From positions 62,001 to 126,000 of the IMG/VR virus record IMGVR_UViG_3300027770_001980: 64,000 bases of DNA; one strand, 5' to 3'. Below are positions 46,201-55,200 of this stretch, one piece after another. A model generated the notes under the pieces. The model was given only the letters and a program-made list of their open reading frames with translations, searched no databases and was not told where the DNA came from. Both the position numbers and the translations under genes were made by a program. Positions within the stretch are counted from its first letter, which is position 1. Every line of letters begins with the position of its first letter.

Positions 46201-49200
46201 GATCCTATCTCCTATCACAATTGCACCATTGAATTCTTCTCTGGTTTTAAAAGTGATATTCGTTCCTGTATTAGTAGATGTTGATTTCGCGTATCCAATA
46301 TCGTATGTTGGTTTACTTATTGTTACAGATTTTTCTATTTCATCTATAGAAACTACTACAGTTGTATCTCTAATACGTTTATCTGATGAATTTAGAATAG
46401 TAATTTCACTACCGGTAACAATTCCATCAACTGTATCTAAATATAAAACAGATGAGTCAGGAGTTATTGATCTAATTAGTTTAGTAGCGACATAGTCGCC
46501 AATTATATCACTCCACGCAGTATCTGTATCATATTGCCCATATCCACTAACTGTATCCCAAGCTGGAGAATAGTTAAAAGGAAGACCTTGTACAACAGAT
46601 CCAGGATATTCAATACCGGACATTAAAGACGATAGAGCAAATGTTCCAGTATGGAACTTTTCAATCATATCAACTGCATTATATAAATTAAAACTCTTAT
46701 TGTATGTGATCTTAAATTCTTGATCACGGTTAGGAACATAATTTAAAAATACAAATCTGGAATACTTTTTAGTGTATCCGCTGTCTGTTATAGCATAATA
46801 CTCAATAGTATAATCAGATGAAAGTACTAATCTTCCATCTAAAAGAGGAATAATATTTAACTTATCAGTATCTGCCAACCAAGACAACACATACTTATTT
46901 TCATTACCCGAACATATAAATGTATCAGAAACAGTTTCTACTATCATAGATGGTAAAGAAGTAGTTCTGTTAAATCGTAACCCAATCTTATTTTTTCTAA
47001 TAGGAGACTCATCAAATACCGCAACCGCAGTAGCGGAAGTAGTAACATTTGGGCCGCCGCCTGAGATAGTTATAGTTGGAGTTGAAGTATAACCACTACC
47101 TGGATCTGTTACCAATATTTGATATATAGACCCTGCTCGTATATATGCCTCAGCAGTAGCACCCGACCCATTGCCGCCGTTAATAGTTACTGTTGGACGT
47201 TGTGTATATCCGACACCTTTATTACCCACACGTACGGATCCAATAATATATTGGTAATTATCTTTCCAATATTTCCATGGAGTTTCATTTATCTTATCAT
47301 TGTCTACAGTAACTATTTCATAACTTTGTGTTAATGTATTATAAAAGGAAGGCATATCAAAATCTATAGAAGAAGCAGTAAACTGATCATCAAGATAGGT
47401 ATATCTTGATTTATAACTTCTTATATGCGAATGATATGGTTTAACTTCTTTAACATATTCTTCAAAGTAGTTTTCATTATCCAATTTGTAAACAGGTCGT
47501 TGATCTAACGATCCTATGGTATTAGTGATATCAATGAATGACGTTTTAAATGTCCAATCAAGCAATTTTTGTTCGGTTAATGCATATCTAACCGCAGTGA
47601 AGAATAATAGATTCCAATTAACTTTTAAATCATTTATAAAGATATCTTTTTTCAATGCTGTTAATATGTAAAAAACTTCAAGGTCAGGAATTTGATCATA
47701 TAGTGTTTCATCTAATGTTGCAACATCGTATGAGTATCGTGAATCTTTATAATTCCATAGACTTTCAGAAATCTGAATGGTTCCATTTTCTCTATATACT
47801 ATATCAAACTCCGGAGCAAAATTGCCCACCTTATCCGAAGATATTTTTTCAAGTATTGCATAATATCCATCGCCGATATTATTAATCTTAACATAATCGC
47901 CAACATTAGCTTCGTACAACAATGACAACGAAGATGCAGATGCAATAACATAACTATAATCTTTAAACTTATTAAATGTGTCACTTGCCCAATCTGCTTT
48001 ATTCCAGTATAAAGGAGTATTGTAAGTTTGATTCTTGATTCTGGTCCAGTTATTATCAACATCGTTATTATAATTGAACGCATGTTTTGTCCAACGTCCA
48101 CCATAATCCGCGTTATAGGAAACAATAACAGTATGAGGTCTTACTACCAATACCGGCGCTGATGTGAACCCTGACCCTGGATTTTCAATTGATACATCTA
48201 CAACTTTACCATCGCTGTTAATTGTGGTTACTAATTTAGCACCAGATTGATCAGCAAGAACAGTTACTGATGGGGCTAACATATATGCAAATCCACCATT
48301 CAATATACTAACAGAAACTATTTTTCCATTTTCAATATTACATTCTAAAAATGCACGCTGTAATAGATTTGTATCCACAGAATCGAGAGAATTTATATCA
48401 GAAACGATTTCGTCGTACTCACCATCTAATATATTAGGTATAGGTTCTTTTTCATTTAAATTATCAAAACTAAAGTATTTTTCAAGTATTAAATTTTTTA
48501 TCAATACAGAATTTGCAAAATCTACTATGTTTCTTAAAGCAATCAATCTGTCTTTAAATAAAGTTTGTTGTGGACGTATTCCAATACCATATCTATTTCT
48601 TGATGTTAAAGATAAGTCAGGAACATTGTTTCCTAAGAAATCATGTCCAAGCAAACTATCAAATAACTTTTTCTCTAAGAACGGTGTAGGCGATGCTTTA
48701 TCATCTCCCTCGGCAATTAATAACCATTCTGTGTGTCTTGGTATATCGTTGTCAATACGATCAATTGCTATATTAACACTAATGCGCTCTCCAACTAATG
48801 AAGGCTGGATATTAGCAAATGCTACGCTATCTGCGGATAGTATTTCTGCAAACTTTAACCCATTAGATAATGGATCTGCAATTAGCCTCGATACCTGATA
48901 GCTGCTTATTCTTCTATTTTTAACGGAAGGTACAGTTACCTTATTTTTTACCCAGAAATAATAAACATTTTCAAAAGAATTAGTGACTTTATTAAACACC
49001 TGTTTTACAGAAATACTGCTATTAGCAGGATATTTAGGTTGCCCACTTATTCCCTTAGTTAATCCATCGTTACTATCTGCCTTTGCAGCCCATTCGCTTG
49101 GCATAAGATCAGATTTTACCCATTCATATACATCGATAGTGGATCCAGGAAATGTTCGACTCCAATTATTTTTTCTGAATAAATCATCTCCCTGCTCATA

Positions 49201-52200
49201 CCACATATATTTTACTGTACTGAGATCCCACCAAAGTTCTCCAACATGATCATCAATCCAACTGGTTGTAGAATCAACAATATTGTTCGCAAGTCCAATT
49301 GAATAAACCGCAGGATCAAATGCCGATCTATATTTTAATTCTTGCTCTGCTATACCTGCTATTTTTCCCTTTACTGGGTCTATGATTTCGAGATAATCAA
49401 TTACTTCTTCTGTCTGAAGATCTATCGTAGATATTTTCTTGATTGTAGATATATCTACTAAATCTTCTTGTTCTCTTGATAAATTCCAACTGTTAATTGT
49501 CTTGTCAATTTTATCAAATTGATACACTGTGGAATCGTCGTCGCCCGATATTGCAGTCGAAGGTGCTCCGATTAATATTCTATCATTTGTAACAGCAATA
49601 GAGGATCCGTATTTACTACTGGTTAAAATTGACGAATCACTTAACTCATCTGCAGGAATAAAATAACCTTCAAGATTATTATAAATGTATACCACTCCAG
49701 AATCTGGTATTGTATCAATAAACTGTGTCGTACCACCATCAAAGGTAGTCTCACCAGATTTCTGATCAAAATCAAATCTTGAGATATTGGCATTATTAAT
49801 ACCCAAGGAACTTATGGCCAATATTTTATTATCTTCACTAATTGAAATTGTAAAACCAAATTTTAAATTATAACTATTCACTGGATTACCAATGATCTGA
49901 TACAATGTAGCAATCGTGCCATTAAATTTATAAACAGCAACCTTACCATAGGACTCATCCGGTGATTTAGAATTTACTGAAGATATAAAAATAAATGTTC
50001 CATCTGGAGAAACTGTAACCTCTTCGCCGAACACAGCACTTGTTCCAAACGGTGATGATATAGTCTGTATCCAATCCAAGTCTTTATTAAATAATTGTAC
50101 AACACCAATAGTAGATGTATTAATCACGTGGTAAGGAGCACTTACGGCAAAAATATTACCTACTTTATCACCTGATATTTTGTATCCAAATTGACTTCCG
50201 TTGCTAAGTGATCCATGAGGAGAAAGAGTAATACCATGTGAATGTGCTGAGATACTTATTGATAAATTATTATCGATAAAATATGCATAAACCTTACCAG
50301 TAGTATTAGATGGTCCTGGGGTTCCAACTAATAGAACAGTTGAAGTTGATGCTTTTGATGCCACATAGACAGAATGTCCAAATCTACTATTATTAGTTGG
50401 GTATGGATTTAATAGTACTGCTTCGGTAGAAGCCTGACTAAGGATTACTTTATTTGTACCTGTTCCTACTGTTCTTCTACTACCTATCTTAACTAATCCC
50501 TCAGATGTATATCCTCTTACATTGCCTGTACCCGAACTGGTGGTTACTACTCCTGTTGGAGAATTAGGACCACGTACACTGCTGGCAGCAGGTGCTCCTG
50601 TAATATAAAATCCTTTGTTATAATCATATGTTAAAGAATACCCGAACTCGCAAGACGTATCCATAGTACAATAAGTATGGATAGAATCATTTAAGGTATA
50701 TTCGAATTGTTTAGAAAGAATACCTGTGATATTGTTTTTTGTGAATACCCAAGTTGAAGTGGTTCCGGGAGAAGATATAAGAACAGTATTATCATCATCA
50801 GATGCATAAATTGCTGTTCCTAATTTTTGTCCCAATGGTTGTTTCACCGTATCAAAAGAATTTGCTACCTTCTGATAATTGTTTAATTTTTCATAAACTT
50901 TCCATTTTCCATCTTCGCCGCTGTCTATCCAAATTTTTTCATCATACCGAACTCTTAGTACATCTCTAATACCGGCCAATTTTGCCGAGTTAGAATATCT
51001 TGCTTCTTCAAATTTAAATAGAGCACCATAACTTAATAAAGCAGCATCTGTTATTGTTGTTAATACAGATGCTACAGTAATCTGATCCAATCTTGGAATA
51101 TCTTTTACTATATATATTCCATCTACCTGAACATTAAATCTTACAATAGAAATTATATCGCCTATTGATAGATTATGATTGATATCAGTAGTGAAAGTAA
51201 TATCTGCGCCTGGTGAACTTACATATACACCTGCTACCTTGGCAGGTTGTTTGGAATATCTATAAACAGTCCATCCACCATTTTCTAAAAATCCTAACCA
51301 TACCGTGTTACCTTCTTGAATTAAAGAATTATTAGCAATATCTAATAAACTATTTTTGTTATATGCGGTAACGGTAACATCATCCTGCCTTACATAACCT
51401 GCAATCGGTAACTCCATATTAGTATCAGAGTATGTACCATTATACAAATTAAAAGTTGATGTAGTAATATAATTAGAAGGTTTTAATAATAAAGATGACG
51501 ATAGTACATAATTAATTAAAGGATTTGAACTTGAGGGAATAGTATCTATTAGTTTAGTTACATATGGATTTTCTGTAGAAATACCTTCTACCAATACAAA
51601 TTCAATTTCATTATAAGAACTGAATCCACCGTATTCTCCCACCCTAAATGCCCAGTCTTCCTTAAAGGAGATTTCGCCATTGCGAGTAAATTTACCGGCT
51701 TTTGATAATTTATCTATAGCGTTCTTGGTTCCTTTTTCCTTGATAAACCCTTGATAGAATTTATATTGGCTAACAGGATTTGTAAAAATATTATTCAAAT
51801 AAGTACGCGGGGTGTATCCTATTAGGTGTTGAGCCAACTGCTGTTGTGTGGAATCAAAATTATCAATGTCTAAACTGTAGAAATCTTCAAATTGATTAAT
51901 AGTATAGTCAAAATTAGGAAGTAAATTAGATTCAGGCTTGCTATTTAATTTGTCCCATTTAGCAAAATCAAATGTGGCATCATTACGAATTTTCTGATTA
52001 GACTCGTAATATGCACTATTGTATCTTACTAAATCGCCTGGCAAATAAGTGTGATAGGATTTCCAGTCAGTAATAGAAACCTTATCATAAACAAAACCAG
52101 GACTTGACAAATCGCCATTCCACCCTTTAGTTCTAAACCCAGAGATTTTCATCCTACGTTGCTTATATCCTGTTTCTATATCATATATAGTATCATTAAA

Positions 52201-55200
52201 AATAGTGTGATTATTAAACACCATTCCGTGTTCTTTTTGTACTGAATTTAATTTGGCAAAAAATATACCTTCGTAGGTATCAATTGTGCTAATGATACAA
52301 ACACCGTCTTCTCGAGATAATCTAAATTTATCAGATGGAAAAGATTTTCCATCTGCTTTTAATAAACTATACTCATATTTTCCGTTAGAAATATCATCTA
52401 CAACAGAATCAGGGAATGAATATTTTAAATAATCAGCAAATGGACTCAATGTAATAAGATGTCCGTCTGCCCAATTTTGAGTGCTCCAATATAAGAATTC
52501 TTTGGCGGTATATCTCCAATCCATTATTTCATTTAATTCAGGATTGAATTCATCAAATATAAAACCTTGTTGTTCAAGTCGAGCACCATACCCCACTAAT
52601 ACATCATACACTTCTTGTACAGTAGAATAACTGCTACCATATGGAACCCTGGTAACTGTTGATTCAAATCTCGAAGATAATTCTACGGTTGCTCCTCCCT
52701 TTGATGGCAAGGAAGGTAATTGATAAAATAAAGTAGTATCAAATGTTGATTGTGCTGTGTGTCCAACCTTTACTCGATAAAATCTTCCATTGTATCTTAA
52801 GAGTTGTCCTTGCTTATAATATCTCGAGTTATTAGATTCTGTAGAAGTGAGAGCATCCTCCAATAATCCATTATTTGAATTATTAACTGTATTATTCCAT
52901 TCAGTAAATGTTTCAGACTTTCCACCCACTGTTAATGCACCCGAAGTTCCTTGAAGAATGGGTTTTAGTATTTCAAAATAAGAGTTGAATTTATCGTAAC
53001 CCTTGATTATAAATTTGCCTTCGTATTTCTGTAATATAACGCCGGATATGCTGGCAGATACAATTGGATTGCTAACATTTAATAACAATGTATAATCTTC
53101 AGGCGGAAGCAATGCACCTTGTGCTTGTGATAACGGATCAACAGAATCTATTAATATCTGTAATTTATCTTTACTGGCAAACCCGCCGAGTTTATGGAAT
53201 AGATTAAAATTCAAATATGTTAAATCTTCTTTCAAGGAATTTATGTAATTAGAATCTTTCTGTAATCCTTTTTCAACAACATACACTCCAAATCCTGAAG
53301 TTTGTACATCACCTTCGACTAATAATTTTTTAGGACTTAGATATAAATCATCTTGTAAATAGGTCAATTGTTTTAAAATATTCAATTGAGTTCTACTGGT
53401 GTCATACATAGACGTTGTATACTCAGTTGGATTTAATAATGCTGCAAGAGCATTTAAAGCAAATGGCCAATAACTACTTCTGCGCCATGCGGTTTCCGCA
53501 GGACTGTAATCACCAAACTTCCAATTAGATTGCTTATCTAAATCTCCCAATAGAGTATCAAGTGTTGGAGTTAATAAATTTCCATAACGATCAACTGGAA
53601 TATAAGATGAGAAGGATGGGCGGGCATGGTCAATATCTACAACAGGATCAAGATATGGTTCGTTGGTATATCCATTGATAATAGCCGATATTAATGCAGC
53701 TCTCTTATCGAGATCAATCCAACTATAATAATCATCCCACCATAATGGCTTAACTGAATATCCTAATATCTCCCAAGGATGTGTGTGAGGGCGATCGGTG
53801 TCGTAGAAATATTTGTATATTCCTCTCCAATAACCGGTAACATATTCACCTGATAATTTAACAGGTGCTGTACCAAATGGTATATTATCCAATGATATAA
53901 CAGGATTTCCAATTGGTGTAACCGTATGTGAATATATAGAGTTATCTACCAATGTTCGATCTTGTAATACTAAAAGTACAGTTGCATAAGGATCATTAAT
54001 AGCCGCAGATGGAAAACCATTTTCATTTTCAGCCTGTACTGCTGTAAACTTATATTTAGGTGGGGTAAAATCTTGTGTGTATACTGCGATGCCTTTTACC
54101 ACACGTAGATTGCTCATGTATCCCCAGAAATTTCCAAAACCGGCGCTGGTCGATTCTACAAGACTTCCAATAATGGCCTTAGAACCGTTGGCACACAATG
54201 ACATAGACTCTGGTTTATTTGCTGTGGCAACTAATGTTCCATCCATGAATAATCCAATAATAGAACCACTACGGACCATCGCTGCATGGTACCATGTTTC
54301 ATTTTGAATATCTACATCAACATGCCATATAACATTACTTGGATCAATAAATTCTTCTTCTGCTCCGTTATAGTAACCTAACCCAAATTCCAATCCTCCG
54401 GTATTAAACACCGATCCAATAATAACTCTAACTCCTGGAATTTCTGCAGTATATATGTACACCCATGCTTCTATCGTGAAATCACCTGTACCAAAATTTA
54501 AAGCTGATGTAGAAGGAATAGTTAGATATGAAGATCCATCTAAGTATATACTTGAATTTCTATCATCGCCTTCTGGTGATACAAAAGGAGATATATAACC
54601 GCCTAAAGGATAAGGAAAAACAATATGATCGTAATCTGAATTATCTACAAATTGATTATCTTGTAATGTTAAAAGAACTGTATTAGCAGCATTAGTAATT
54701 GCTGCCGATGGAAAACCATTCTCGTTAGATTTTTGTGTAATTGCTAATGGATTAGTTGGTACTGAAAAATCGTCAATGTATAATGCTATACCCTTAACGA
54801 CACGGACATCTTTTATCCTGCCCCAGAAGTTGGCACCCCATGCAGTATCGCCTATCCATGTTTGATCATTATCTCCACTTAGACTTAAAGAAGAATCATC
54901 AATCGAATATCCAACAAGAATACCGTCTAAGAAAATCTGAACCATGGATCCATGACGTGATAATGCAACATGATACCATTTATTATCTTGTATAGCGGTT
55001 TCATTAGTAGTGTGTACTGTCAATCCATTTACATAAAACAAAGTGTTTCCTGTTGCGCCACCAATTCCAAATACTAATCCGTCAAATACCGGAGAACCTA
55101 TAATGCATCGATATCCTGGTATATTCGAAGTGTATACATAAATCTTTGCTTCTATAGTAAAATCTCCTGTACCAAAATTTAATTCAGTAGAGGAGGTGGT

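Noticed and set aside
45983-46495. 170-aa plus-strand ORF and other short plus-strand ORFs within 43267-63871
   Set aside because: Antisense to the structural genes; composition mirrors the coding strand.
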